Positions 10,901-19,455 are shown, counted from the first letter of the stretch. The stretch is 64,000 nucleotides of DNA from Candidatus Omnitrophota bacterium (GCA_028865345.1 JAGWKL010000003.1:64184-128183), one strand, 5' to 3'. The notes: generated by a model not told the origin, from the letters alone. A program made the numbers and translations.

Positions 10901-11216
10901 ACGTCTTGGCAAAATGAAAACGAACGCTCAGCTTCAGGAGGCCATTGTACAGGGAGCGGTCAAGCGCATTCGTCCCAAGCTTATGACGGTCAGCGCCATG
11001 TTTATGGGGCTTGTTCCCATTATGTGGTCCATAGGGGCAGGATCTGATGTGATGAAACGTATTGCGGCTCCCATGATCGGAGGTATCTTCAGCAGCTTCA
11101 TTATGGAGCTTTTAATCTATCCGGTCATTTACTATCTTTGGAAATGGAATTACGAGATGAAAAAGGGCTCCGTGGACGTCAGCAAGCTGCCCCTACCAGA
11201 GCTAAAGGGGCATTAA
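7923..11216 (+). CDS. cusA: Heavy-metal efflux RND permease, CusA/CzcA (HME-RND) family
   Basis: 1097 aa with 12-TM RND architecture. N-terminus MIKKVIEFSANNKFLILIIIAAAIVGAIMAVRNIPLDAIPDLSDTQVIVYS is typical of CusA. ATGA overlap with cusB. Confidence 0.9.
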   Translation: MIKKVIEFSANNKFLILIIIAAAIVGAIMAVRNIPLDAIPDLSDTQVIVYSRWNQSPDIMEDQVTYPIVTAMLGAPDVKAIRGFSDYGYSYVYIIFKDGTNLYWARSRTLEYLSKVLPALPKGVKTELGPDATSVGWVYQYALVDKSGKNDLSQLRSFQDWYLRYWLQSVPGVAEVASVGGFQKQYQVNVDPVALQAYNIPITKVIEAVRRSNNDVGARVVDFSGTEFMVRGRGYIKSTKDIENIVLRTDSHGRPVLVRDVATVTTGPQMRRGVTDLNGQGDTVGGIVIMRSGENALNVINRVKQKLKDIQPSLPPGVKIVTTYDRSDLIMRAIDTLKHQLIEEMIIVSLVIIFFLWHFPSASVPIATIPVAVLLSFIPMYAMKLTSNIMSLAGIAISIGVLVDGAIIMVENAYKKTQLWEASGRKENYHDVLLTALKEVGPSIFFSLLVIAVSFLPVFMLVGQSGRLFRPLAFSNNFTMVIAAVLSVTFVPAMFVLLVRVNEAHFRPKWLSKLYNFLRVGHYYPEEKHPVSKVLFNFYEPVCRFVLKYRVQTLIFAGMIFLSMIPVYLKLGSEFMPPLNEGTILYMPTTLPGISVTEAQKVLQETDKIIRTVPEVQSVFGKAGRADTSTDPAPLSMMETTIVLKPESQWRKVHRWYSSWMPGFLQGFFRPIWNDRITWQDIINELDEKVRLPGLSNAWTMPIKTRIDMLSTGIRTPVGIKILGPDLNEIERIGVKIENIVKHIKGARSVYAERVTGGYYLDYDFNSSALASYGLTIGDVEDVIASAIGGETVTTTVEGLERYSVNVRYLRQLRDDIPSLERILVSTPNGAQVPLGQLAKLKFVQGPGMVRNENGMPAGYVYVDMAGRDIGGFVRDAKQAVDKGLKLPSGYTLIWSGQYENMIRVAQRMKVIIPIALFIIFMLLYMNTRSHVKAGIVLLAVPFSLVGAVWFLYFLHYNLSVAVWVGMIALMGLDAETGVFMLLFLDLAYYQAIRLGKMKTNAQLQEAIVQGAVKRIRPKLMTVSAMFMGLVPIMWSIGAGSDVMKRIAAPMIGGIFSSFIMELLIYPVIYYLWKWNYEMKKGSVDVSKLPLPELKGH

Positions 11217-11285
11217 ATCGGCATAACTTTTGGCGGGATAGATCGTCTATAATTATGAGAGGCAGTACTTACAAAGGTTTATTTT

Positions 11286-12092
11286 ATGGATAAGAGACCG
11301 ATAGAAGATATATTCAATGAGTGCTATGAGAAGATGCTTGCCGGCATGCCTGCAGAAGAGATCATTCGGCAGTATCCTAATCATGCCAAGGAGTTAAAAG
11401 AACTCCTTGGTGTCGCCCAAAGTGTGAGCCACACGCCGCCCGTAAGGGTTTCAGATCAGAAACTGTTTTCCTGTCTGATCAAGGTAGGGGAAGAGATCCA
11501 AAGGCAAAAGGAGAGGTCTCTTTCGTCGAAGCTCAATCGGTTGTTTGTCTTTGCCTCACCGGCCTGGGCGCGCGGGTTTGCCCTGACCCTTGTCATTGTT
11601 TTTGCTGCCTGGGGCACGGTGAATGCGTCTGCCAACAGCCTGCCAGGCAGCCCTTTATATCTGGTAAAGCTCTTGGGTGAGAAGGCAAGTTATTTTCTGA
11701 CCGTCAATCCCCAGGGTCAACTGGAGTTAAAGATCACTTTTTCCGAAAGACGTTCAAAAGAACTGGTCAAAGAGTTCAATAAAACCGGCCATGTTGATAT
11801 CCAGACCCTTAAAAGGATGCTGAATGAAGCAGGGGATTCATTAAATGAGGTGGCTAAGCTGCCTGTTAAAGGACAAAAAATTTATCTTGTCCAACTTAAA
11901 TATTTGAATGACTATCAGAAAGATGTTCTTCAAGACCTTCAAAGCAGGGCGCCCCAAGTTCAGAAAGCCAAATTGGAACAGGCCATTACCATTTGCAATC
12001 AGCGTTGCCGATGGCTGCAAATGGCATGCGACCGGGGCTGTGTAACTTCCATGCGCGGTTGTCCGTGCCCCCTTCCATCAAAAAATATTTGA
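11286..12092 (+). CDS. Membrane protein with anti-sigma-factor-like topology and C-terminal Cys cluster
   Basis: Cytoplasmic helical N-domain, single TM (LFVFASPAWARGFALTLVIVFAAWG), periplasmic helical domain. C-terminal cluster ends CNQRCRWLQMACDRGCVTSMRGCPCP. Confidence 0.6.
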   Translation: MDKRPIEDIFNECYEKMLAGMPAEEIIRQYPNHAKELKELLGVAQSVSHTPPVRVSDQKLFSCLIKVGEEIQRQKERSLSSKLNRLFVFASPAWARGFALTLVIVFAAWGTVNASANSLPGSPLYLVKLLGEKASYFLTVNPQGQLELKITFSERRSKELVKEFNKTGHVDIQTLKRMLNEAGDSLNEVAKLPVKGQKIYLVQLKYLNDYQKDVLQDLQSRAPQVQKAKLEQAITICNQRCRWLQMACDRGCVTSMRGCPCPLPSKNI

Positions 12093-12176
12093 TAAAAATC
12101 AGGCCAAATACGCTAAAATAGCGGAAAACGAAGCGGCGGTGAAGCAATCGCCGTTAAATAATTTAAGGAGGACTCT

Positions 12177-12566
12177 ATGAAGAAATTGATCGCGTTGGCA
12201 GCGGTATTGGTCTTAAGCTCAGCAGTGGTTTTTGCTCAAGATACTTCATCGAATAAGAATGTAAATGGCACGACCGACAAGCCAAGTATGATGGACCAAG
12301 GCGGCATGATGGGCCAGGGCATGATGGGACCAGGCATGATGCATAAGGGCATGATGATGCACGGCATGATGATGAGAATGATGAACGCTTCCATGGTCGC
12401 CACCTCCGATGGAGGGGTAGTTGTTTTTACCGGTGACAGGCTCATCAAATATGACAAGGACTTAAATGTCGTCAAGGAAGTCAAGATAAAGGGGTATATG
12501 CCGGCCTGGGAGAAAACATGCCCCATTATGAATCCTGGCATGATGAAGGCTGAAGGAAAATCCTAG
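12177..12566 (+). CDS. Secreted methionine-rich putative Cu(I)/Ag(I)-binding protein
   Basis: Strong RBS AGGAGG. Signal peptide. MMDQGGMMGQGMMGPGMMHKGMMMHGMMMRMM Met motifs like those of CusF/PcoC/CopA periplasmic Cu-binding proteins. Stop abuts the ATPase ATG. Confidence 0.8.
   Translation: MKKLIALAAVLVLSSAVVFAQDTSSNKNVNGTTDKPSMMDQGGMMGQGMMGPGMMHKGMMMHGMMMRMMNASMVATSDGGVVVFTGDRLIKYDKDLNVVKEVKIKGYMPAWEKTCPIMNPGMMKAEGKS
12289..12384 (+). repeat. Coding microsatellite of (GGC/CAG)-ATG-ATG units encoding the Met-rich motifs
   Basis: ggcatgatg / ggcatgatgatg units iterate about 9 times in frame. Confidence 0.7.
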
Positions 12567-14792
12567 ATGCCCAAAGACCCCATATGCGGCATGGATGTGG
12601 ATGAAAGCTCGCCTTTGAAACTTGAGAAAGACGGGCAGGTGTATTATTTTTGTTCAGGCCATTGTAAGGAAAAATTCTTAAAAGAAGCACAATCCCATCC
12701 TAAGCCCCAAGCTTCTGCCTTACCATTGAAGGGCAGGACCTTGTACACCTGCCCCATGCATCCTGAAATTGAACAGGGTCATCCTGGCGACTGCCCTAAA
12801 TGCGGCATGGCGCTCGAGCCCAAAAGTCCGTTGGTGGAGCAGGAGCAGCCGGCGGAATCACACGAGATCAACTTTTTAAGGAAGAAATTCTGGATAGGGG
12901 TATGGTTGACCCTGCCTGTTGTTTTTCTGTCTTTAACGGCCAAGGCTATGCCTGATGCCGTCCGTTACCTCCAATGGGCCCTGGCTTCCATCGTGGTTTT
13001 TTATTGCGGCGGATTCTTGTTGGCCAAAGGATGGCAATCTATCGTCCACCGGCATTTGAACATGTTCACCCTTATAGGCCTGGGTGTCATCGTTGCTTAT
13101 AGCTACAGCACCGTGGTATTATTTTTGTCCCCCCCATCATATCTTTATTTTGAATCAGCTTGCGCCATTACGGTCCTGGTCATTTTAGGCCAATGGCTTG
13201 AGGCGCGGGCCCGTGGACAAACCGGCCAGGCCATTCAAAGCCTTTTAGGCCTTGCCGCTAAAGAAGCCCACCTGATCAAAGACGGCAGGGAAGAACAAGT
13301 CCCGGTTGATCAGGTCCAAAAAGGGGATCTTTTGCGGGTCAAGCCGGGGGAGAAGATCCCTTTGGACGGGATCATTGTGGAAGGCCGAAGCAGCATCGAT
13401 GAATCCATGATCTCCGGTGAGCCCATGCCCGTCGAGAAAAACACCGGAGACCGCGTCATCGGGGCAACGGTCAACCAGACCGGTAGCTTTGTCATGAGAA
13501 CGGAGAAAATCGGATCGGAAACCCTGCTTTCCCAGATCGTTCATATGGTCTCCGAAGCCCAGCGCAGCCGCGCGCCCATCCAGGGCCTGGCAGACCGGGT
13601 GGCCGGTTATTTTGTGCCTGCCGTCATTATCATTGCCGTCATTACTTTTTTCGTCTGGCTTTTCGTCGGGCCGCAGCCTGCTTTGACCTATGCGTTGGTT
13701 AACTCTATTGCGGTCGTGATCATTGCCTGTCCGTGTGCCCTGGGATTGGCAACACCGATGTCGATCATGGTGGGTGTGGGCCGGGGCGCACAGGCAGGCA
13801 TTTTAATCAAGAATGCCCAAGCCATTGAAAGGGCAGAAACAGTGACCCATGTTCTGGTGGATAAAACCGGGACCCTGACTGAAGGCAGGCCTAAAGTAAC
13901 AGCTTTGATCGGTCCGCAACCTCTGGAGGCGCTTGGTCTCGCGGCGTCAATGGAGCAAAACAGCGAGCATCCTTTGGCCGGCGCCGTCATGAATTATGCC
14001 AAAGAAAAAGGGGTCAAGATCGAAGCTGTACGGCACTTTGAATCCATAACCGGCGCGGGCGTCAGAGGGCAGGTCAATGGAAAGACCGTTCTCATCGGCA
14101 AACAGAAGTTCATCGAGGAATCAGGTGCCGTTATCCCGGAAGATTTGAAAAAAGAAGCTTCGCAAATGCAGGACAATGCGCAGACGGTTGTATGGGTGGC
14201 TACTGAAGGCAAGGCCTTGGGGATTTTTGGGATTTCTGACCCTATCAAGAAAACAACGGCGGATGCCATTCGCGCCCTGCATGGTATGGGATTGAAAATT
14301 ATCATGCTTACCGGCGATAACCGCAAAACAGCGGAGGTTGTAGCTAAACAACTGGGCATCGATCAGGTGGAGGCGGAATTAAACCCCCAAGGCAAACAAA
14401 ATATCGTCAGGACCTTCAGGGACCAGGGAGCCATCGTCATGATGGCAGGGGACGGCATCAATGACGCTCCGGCCCTGGCCCAGGCGCACGTGGGGGTTGC
14501 CATGGGAACAGGGACGGATGTTGCGATTGAATGTGCCGGCATGACCCTGGTCAAAGGCGATTTAAACGGCATCGTTAAAGTTTTAGGCTTAAGCCGTGCC
14601 GTCATGCATAATATCCGCCAGAATCTTTTCTTCGCGTTCATCTATAACGCTTTGGGTATCCCCATCGCCGCCGGTGTTCTTTATCCGTTTTTCGGGTTAT
14701 TGCTCAATCCCATTATCGCGGGCGCGGCCATGAGTTTCAGCTCGGTGTCCGTGATAACCAACGCCTTGCGTTTACGTCGTTTTCGGCTTTAG
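12567..14792 (+). CDS. copA: Cu+/Ag+-type P1B heavy-metal translocating ATPase with N-terminal YHS and CPMHPE/CPKCGM motifs
   Basis: CPC transmembrane motif ([13 protein letters not shown]). DKTGTLT phosphorylation site. GDGINDAP motif. N-terminal DPICGMDVD...[12 protein letters not shown] (YHS) and [22 protein letters not shown]. Confidence 0.9.
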   Translation: MPKDPICGMDVDESSPLKLEKDGQVYYFCSGHCKEKFLKEAQSHPKPQASALPLKGRTLYTCPMHPEIEQGHPGDCPKCGMALEPKSPLVEQEQPAESHEINFLRKKFWIGVWLTLPVVFLSLTAKAMPDAVRYLQWALASIVVFYCGGFLLAKGWQSIVHRHLNMFTLIGLGVIVAYSYSTVVLFLSPPSYLYFESACAITVLVILGQWLEARARGQTGQAIQSLLGLAAKEAHLIKDGREEQVPVDQVQKGDLLRVKPGEKIPLDGIIVEGRSSIDESMISGEPMPVEKNTGDRVIGATVNQTGSFVMRTEKIGSETLLSQIVHMVSEAQRSRAPIQGLADRVAGYFVPAVIIIAVITFFVWLFVGPQPALTYALVNSIAVVIIACPCALGLATPMSIMVGVGRGAQAGILIKNAQAIERAETVTHVLVDKTGTLTEGRPKVTALIGPQPLEALGLAASMEQNSEHPLAGAVMNYAKEKGVKIEAVRHFESITGAGVRGQVNGKTVLIGKQKFIEESGAVIPEDLKKEASQMQDNAQTVVWVATEGKALGIFGISDPIKKTTADAIRALHGMGLKIIMLTGDNRKTAEVVAKQLGIDQVEAELNPQGKQNIVRTFRDQGAIVMMAGDGINDAPALAQAHVGVAMGTGTDVAIECAGMTLVKGDLNGIVKVLGLSRAVMHNIRQNLFFAFIYNALGIPIAAGVLYPFFGLLLNPIIAGAAMSFSSVSVITNALRLRRFRL

Positions 14793-14831
14793 GTTTTTAA
14801 AAGGAGAAATCATTAAGGAGGCTCAAAGGAA

Positions 14832-16013
14832 ATGACTTTTAAGAAAAGTATCGCCCGGCTGGCTTTCCAGTTTGTTTTTCTTATAGGGATAGTCAATTTT
14901 TTTGCCGACTTCACTTATGAAGGGGCCAGGAGCATCAACGGCGCTTTCTTATCCAGCTTGGGAGCCAGCGCCGTTGCCGTCGGGTTTATAGCAGGTTTTG
15001 GCGAGTTGATAGGGTACGGTTTGCGCTCACTGACAGGATTTTGGGCCGGCAAAACCCATCAGTATTGGATTTTTGCCATCATTGGCTATGCCATCAACAT
15101 GTTTGCCGTGCCTGCGATGGCCTTGGCAGGCAACTGGCCGATGGCCGCCTGCCTCATCATCGCCGAGCGTACCGGCAGGGCCGTCAGGAAACCTTCCGTC
15201 GAGACAATGCTTTCCTTTGCAGGCAAAGAATTGGGCAGCGGCTGGGTCTTCGGGCTCAATGAATTTATGGACCAATTCGGCGCCACCATAGGCCCTTTGA
15301 TCGTGGCATGGGTGCTGCTTACCAAACACAGTTACAAATATGGCTATGGCGTTCTTTTGATATCAGCGCTTTTATGTCTGGCCATGATCTTCACATCCAG
15401 GCTGTTTTTCCCCAAACCGCAGGAGCTGGATAAAAAAGAGCCGGTGATTTTAGAGCCCAAGGGTTTTACCAGGGCCTATTGGCTTTATGTGCTGGGCGGG
15501 GCCTTGATCGCTGCGGGGTTCGCGGATTTCGCGCTGATGGCGTTTCATTTTGACAGGACACATGCTGTTCCCATGCCATGGATCCCGATTTTTTACGCCA
15601 TAGCCATGGCCACCGGTGGGATCAGCGCTCTTATTATGGGCAGGTTGTTGGACAAATGGGGTCCCAAGATCATGATGCTTGCTTTTTTAGTGGGGGCCCT
15701 GTTTGCGCCGTTCGTTTTTTGGGGGAACTTTTCTTTAATACTCGCCGGGATGATCTTCTGGGGCGTCGGCTTGGGCGCCCAGGAATCCCTTCTTAAAGCA
15801 ACGCTGTCACATATGACTTCCCGGGACAAAAGAAGTGCCGCCTTCGGTGTTTTTGATACGGCTTTCGGCATTGCCTGGTTTTTGGGAAGCGCTGCGATGG
15901 GCATCCTGTATGCCTGGTCGCTCGTGGCCATGATCATTTTTTCCGTGGCCCTGCAGATGGCCGCCTTGCCTGTATTTATGATGGCCTTCAATAAGCAAAA
16001 GACGCACTCCTAA
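14832..16013 (+). CDS. MFS transporter
   Basis: About 12 predicted TM segments. GRLLDKWGPK-type MFS loop motif. RBS AAGGAGG. Confidence 0.8.
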   Translation: MTFKKSIARLAFQFVFLIGIVNFFADFTYEGARSINGAFLSSLGASAVAVGFIAGFGELIGYGLRSLTGFWAGKTHQYWIFAIIGYAINMFAVPAMALAGNWPMAACLIIAERTGRAVRKPSVETMLSFAGKELGSGWVFGLNEFMDQFGATIGPLIVAWVLLTKHSYKYGYGVLLISALLCLAMIFTSRLFFPKPQELDKKEPVILEPKGFTRAYWLYVLGGALIAAGFADFALMAFHFDRTHAVPMPWIPIFYAIAMATGGISALIMGRLLDKWGPKIMMLAFLVGALFAPFVFWGNFSLILAGMIFWGVGLGAQESLLKATLSHMTSRDKRSAAFGVFDTAFGIAWFLGSAAMGILYAWSLVAMIIFSVALQMAALPVFMMAFNKQKTHS

Positions 16014-16123
16014 AAGCGGTGCCTGTCCCCGGATTCGGGGGCCGCGCTGGTACTTGAATTCATAAATAAATAAGTTAAAATGATTTTTGTTGAAACAGGA
16101 ACAGGATAAGAAAGGATGGGATC

Positions 16124-16486
16124 ATGAGAAGAATAGCGTTGATAGGACTTACAGTAATTGCTTTAGTATTTTTAAACGGCTCTGTGCTGGTTTGGGCCCA
16201 ACAGACGGCCAAGGTCACCGGTGAAGTGGTGGACACCTATTGCTTTGTGACCATGGGCGCCAGGGGCGAAGGCCACCGTCAATGCGGCCTGGGATGCGCC
16301 CACAAAGGGATTCCCGTCGGTATTGTGGAAAACGGTACCAATAAGCTCTATGTTTTATTGCCGAACAAAAACGACACTTCTCTGTCCAAAGATGTCATCA
16401 ACAAAATGGGCCGGACAGCCACCGTGACAGGCAAGGTATATGCCAACGGCGGCAGCCAATTCCTGACAGTGGAGTCTGTCAGTTGA
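16124..16486 (+). CDS. Secreted Cys/His-containing small protein (possible metal site: C40,H51,C54,C58,H60)
   Basis: Signal peptide. YCFVTMGARGEGHRQCGLGCAH cluster. RBS AAAGGATGGG. Confidence 0.6.
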   Translation: MRRIALIGLTVIALVFLNGSVLVWAQQTAKVTGEVVDTYCFVTMGARGEGHRQCGLGCAHKGIPVGIVENGTNKLYVLLPNKNDTSLSKDVINKMGRTATVTGKVYANGGSQFLTVESVS

Positions 16487-16974
16487 TGAACTTATTGGCC
16501 AAGCTGCTGCCAGGTGCGGGGAACCTTCAAAACCTGCATCCTTTGGCAGTGCATTTCCCCATTGCCTTTTTGACAGCAGCGGGGTTTATCTATGTCTTGG
16601 CTTACGTGTTGCGCCGTGACGCGTGGGCCAGGACAGCTTTCTGGTTTTTAGGGCTTGGCTGCCTCACCGCCGCCGTCGCCGTCATGACGGGGCTTTATGC
16701 GGCCGGCGGCGTCATGGTGGCAAAATCCGTCCGGCAGCATTTGCTCCATGCCCACAAGTTGTGGATGCTGGCGACTTTTTATTTGAGTGCTATCTTGACA
16801 TTATGGGCGGCTTTCACAAATGGTTTTCCCAAAAAAGGCCGCCTGATTTTTGTGGTTTTATCTCTCATCCTTATCGCCGTCATGGTCAAGGGGGCTGATT
16901 ACGGCGGGCGGATGGTTTTTGATTATAATGCCGGAGGGGATGCTTGCGGCCAGCCGATAGAATTCAGCCACTGA
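16486..16974 (+). CDS. DUF2231-like integral membrane protein
   Basis: HPLAVHFPIA signature. 4-5 TM segments. Start overlaps upstream stop (TGATG). Confidence 0.7.
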   Translation: MNLLAKLLPGAGNLQNLHPLAVHFPIAFLTAAGFIYVLAYVLRRDAWARTAFWFLGLGCLTAAVAVMTGLYAAGGVMVAKSVRQHLLHAHKLWMLATFYLSAILTLWAAFTNGFPKKGRLIFVVLSLILIAVMVKGADYGGRMVFDYNAGGDACGQPIEFSH

Positions 16975-16976
16975 TA

Positions 16977-17480
16977 ATGATATTGACCCTGTTCTTTGTT
17001 CCTTATGCCTATGCGACGACGGCACAGGACTATCTGCAGGACGGCAACGATGCTTACAGGCGGGGACAGTATGACCATGCCATTTATGCCTATACCAAGG
17101 CCCTTGACATCGATCCCAACCTTGACAAGGCCTATGACAATCGCGGCGCGGCCTACGCCCAGGAAGGCAGTTTACCGAGAGCCATCGATGATTTCACCAT
17201 GGCCATTGCCGCCAACCCCAAGGATGAGCAGGCGTACAGCAACCGGGGCCATGCCTATGACCAGAAAGGCGATCTGCTTCAGGCTGTCGCTGATTATAGC
17301 CGGGTCATTGCGATTGATCCCCTCGATGTCAGGGGCTATAAGGCCCGCGGGTTCATTTATTATGAATTGAAACAATATGACAAGGCCTGGGACGACGTTT
17401 TTAAAGTCGAGGGGTTGGGAGGACATGTGGATGGTGATTTTTACCGTAAGCTTAAGTTGGCATCCGATCAAGGAAAGTAG
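16977..17480 (+). CDS. TPR-repeat protein with N-terminal signal-like segment
   Basis: Three to four 34-aa TPR units (AYDNRGAAYAQEG.., AYSNRGHAYDQKG.., GYKARGFIYYELK..). Confidence 0.75.
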   Translation: MILTLFFVPYAYATTAQDYLQDGNDAYRRGQYDHAIYAYTKALDIDPNLDKAYDNRGAAYAQEGSLPRAIDDFTMAIAANPKDEQAYSNRGHAYDQKGDLLQAVADYSRVIAIDPLDVRGYKARGFIYYELKQYDKAWDDVFKVEGLGGHVDGDFYRKLKLASDQGK

Positions 17481-17485
17481 ATTTT

Positions 17486-17827
17486 ATGGACCTAAAGCTT
17501 AAGACCATCATGACATTTGTTGTCCCCGCATTATTGTTTGTGATGATTTCGATGCCTTTGATCATCAGGAAGGTCCCTCGCAATTTTGGATACGGGTTCA
17601 GGACTAAAAAGACCCTCTCCAGCGACGAGATGTGGTATAAGGCCAACCGGTTCGGAGGCGCCGCGGTTTTGACAGCGGCTTTGCTGACTTTGACAGGCTG
17701 CCTTTGGCTTTTTTACCATAGGAATAATTTCTCCGCGGACGCCATTAACAGTTTTGGCTTCGGATTATTTATAACTCCGGTCCTTGCCGCTGTTGCGGTA
17801 TCTCTTATCTACATAAAAAGTCTATAG
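17486..17827 (+). CDS. SdpI/YhfL-family membrane protein
   Basis: PRNFGYGFRTKKTLSSDEMWYKANRFGG motif typical of the SdpI family. Three TM segments. Confidence 0.7.
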   Translation: MDLKLKTIMTFVVPALLFVMISMPLIIRKVPRNFGYGFRTKKTLSSDEMWYKANRFGGAAVLTAALLTLTGCLWLFYHRNNFSADAINSFGFGLFITPVLAAVAVSLIYIKSL

Positions 17828-17833
17828 GCGGTT

Positions 17834-17862
17834 GGATTTCCGAACTCTGGAAATTTTTTTAT
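17834..17862 (+). terminator. Rho-independent terminator
   Basis: ATTTCC-gaactct-GGAAAT hairpin followed by TTTTTTTATT. Confidence 0.6.
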
Positions 17863-17892
17863 TGCTTTTTAAATCGTTTTAAAGTATAAAAG

Positions 17893-17915
17893 ATATGTCC
17901 TCATTATTTACACAT
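17893..17915. promoter_or_regulatory. Candidate operator ATATGT-N11-ACACAT (one mismatch to the palindrome at 27318)
   Basis: Shares the exact 9-mer TTTACACAT and N11 spacing with the 27318-27340 site. Lies just downstream of a TATAAA -10-like hexamer, upstream of the GT4 gene. Confidence 0.35.
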
Positions 17916-17984
17916 CTTTAATTAAATCAAATACTTATAGTCCTTAGGTTAATCGATTGTTAGTTATCTTTGAGATGGTGTTTT

Positions 17985-19337
17985 ATGAAAAAGCATGCCA
18001 AACCGGAATTAGTTGCTGTAGAAAACGGTCTTTCCGAAACCGAGGAATTGCTCACCGAAATTGAAACAACCCAGGTTGAAACAGTCCCTGTCAAACAGGC
18101 CCCTGTTACGGAAGAAAAGATCAAATTCAAGAATATCCCCCCTAAAGTTGAGAAACCCGTCGAGCTTAATCCTATGCGGATCGCCCTGCTTTCCTGGGAA
18201 TCTCTTCATTCGATAAGCATCGGAGGGATTGCCGTTCATGTCACCGAGCTTGCCTGCGCGCTGGAGCGCAGAGGCCACGAGGTCCATGTCTTTACACGTA
18301 TGGGACAGCATGACCATCCCCAATACGAACGCATCCATGGGGTGCATTATCACCGGGTCCCTTATAGGGGGCATTCGGACATCATAGAAGATGTCAATAA
18401 TATGTGCCGTGCCTTTGTGACCACGGTGTTCCAGGTGGAAGATTATATGGGCGCCCATTTTGATATCGTCCATGCGCATGACTGGCTGACATCGAATGCG
18501 ATGGTATGGATCAAGCAGGGGCGGGGAAGAAAAGGGATATTGACCATCCATGCGACGGAATACGGCCGCTGCGGTAATAATTTTTATGGCGGCCAGTCGG
18601 CCAGGATACGCGATCACGAGCGCCACGGCACCTATTGCGCGGACAGGGTCATCACCGTATCTTATACGCTTAGAAGCGAAGTCATGTGGATGTACAATGT
18701 TCCTGACTGGAAGGTCCACAGCATTTATAACGGCGTCAATTACAAGCATTTCAACGGGTATGTCGATCCGGGCGCCATCAAGATGAAATACCACATGGGA
18801 CCGACAGATCCGGTGGTCTTGTTTGCCGGAAGGATGACGGTCCAAAAAGGGCCTGATCTGCTCATTGAAGCTGTGCCGGCCATTCTGCGTTATTATCCTA
18901 ATGCGAAATTTATTTTCGCGGGCGACGGCCATTTGCGGGGCGCCGTTGAAAACAGGGCCAGGCAATTGGGAGTTGCCCACGCCACCAGGTTTATCGGCCA
19001 CCAAAATGCCTGGGGACTGATCGACCTTTTTAAAGCCTGTGAGTGTGTCTGCGTCCCCAGCCGTAATGAACCCTTCGGCATCGTCATTCTTGAAGCCTGG
19101 AGCGCGGGCAAGCCGGTGGTGGCCACTGAAATCGGCGGCCCTTCCGAATTTGTCTGGCATGACGTGACAGGATACAGGGTCCGTCCGTCGCCGGATTCCA
19201 TTGCATGGGGGATCGGGACTCTGTTCGCCGATTTTGAGCATGGGCGGTGGATGGGCAAGAACGGCAGATACGCCGTTGAAAAAGACTTCTCCTGGGACGT
19301 CATTGCGGGCCATACCCTGGCCGTCTATAAACTGTAA
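17985..19337 (+). CDS. GT-B fold glycosyltransferase (GT4/GT5-like) with acidic N-terminal extension
   Basis: IALLSWESLHSISIGGIAVHVTELACALERRGHEVHVFT N-terminal Rossmann domain. C-terminal E..G GT-B motifs. Start alternatives: 17985 or 18174. Confidence 0.8.
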   Translation: MKKHAKPELVAVENGLSETEELLTEIETTQVETVPVKQAPVTEEKIKFKNIPPKVEKPVELNPMRIALLSWESLHSISIGGIAVHVTELACALERRGHEVHVFTRMGQHDHPQYERIHGVHYHRVPYRGHSDIIEDVNNMCRAFVTTVFQVEDYMGAHFDIVHAHDWLTSNAMVWIKQGRGRKGILTIHATEYGRCGNNFYGGQSARIRDHERHGTYCADRVITVSYTLRSEVMWMYNVPDWKVHSIYNGVNYKHFNGYVDPGAIKMKYHMGPTDPVVLFAGRMTVQKGPDLLIEAVPAILRYYPNAKFIFAGDGHLRGAVENRARQLGVAHATRFIGHQNAWGLIDLFKACECVCVPSRNEPFGIVILEAWSAGKPVVATEIGGPSEFVWHDVTGYRVRPSPDSIAWGIGTLFADFEHGRWMGKNGRYAVEKDFSWDVIAGHTLAVYKL

Positions 19338-19455
19338 CCTTCCTACGATCTTTCTACCGGTTTTCCCATTCTTTTTTTATAAAACGCCCGGTATCGCCAA
19401 TTCCTAGAAATAAGTGTTATACTTTATTTAAAGTAAGTGCCAACGAAGGAATAGG

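Noticed and set aside
12289-12384. Short tandem repeat that could be mistaken for a CRISPR-like or intergenic repeat array
   Set aside because: The units are 9-12 nt with no spacers, and they are in frame inside a CDS. This is a coding microsatellite, not CRISPR.
12236-12541. 101-aa minus-strand ORF rich in Pro/Ile/Met
   Set aside because: Mirror image of the Met-codon microsatellite of the + strand Met-rich gene, which has an RBS and a signal peptide. The antisense reading is an artefact of the repeat.
16014-16060. Terminator after the MFS gene (CCCCGGATTCGGGGG hairpin)
   Set aside because: Short stem with no downstream T-run. Too weak to call.
16996-17370. 124-aa + strand ORF
   Set aside because: Alternative frame inside the TPR-protein gene, whose reading frame shows clear 34-aa TPR periodicity.
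18009-19313. 434-aa ORF on the minus strand
   Set aside because: It is entirely antisense to the well-supported GT-B glycosyltransferase gene. The product has a low-complexity, Arg/Gly/Pro-rich composition typical of a shadow ORF.
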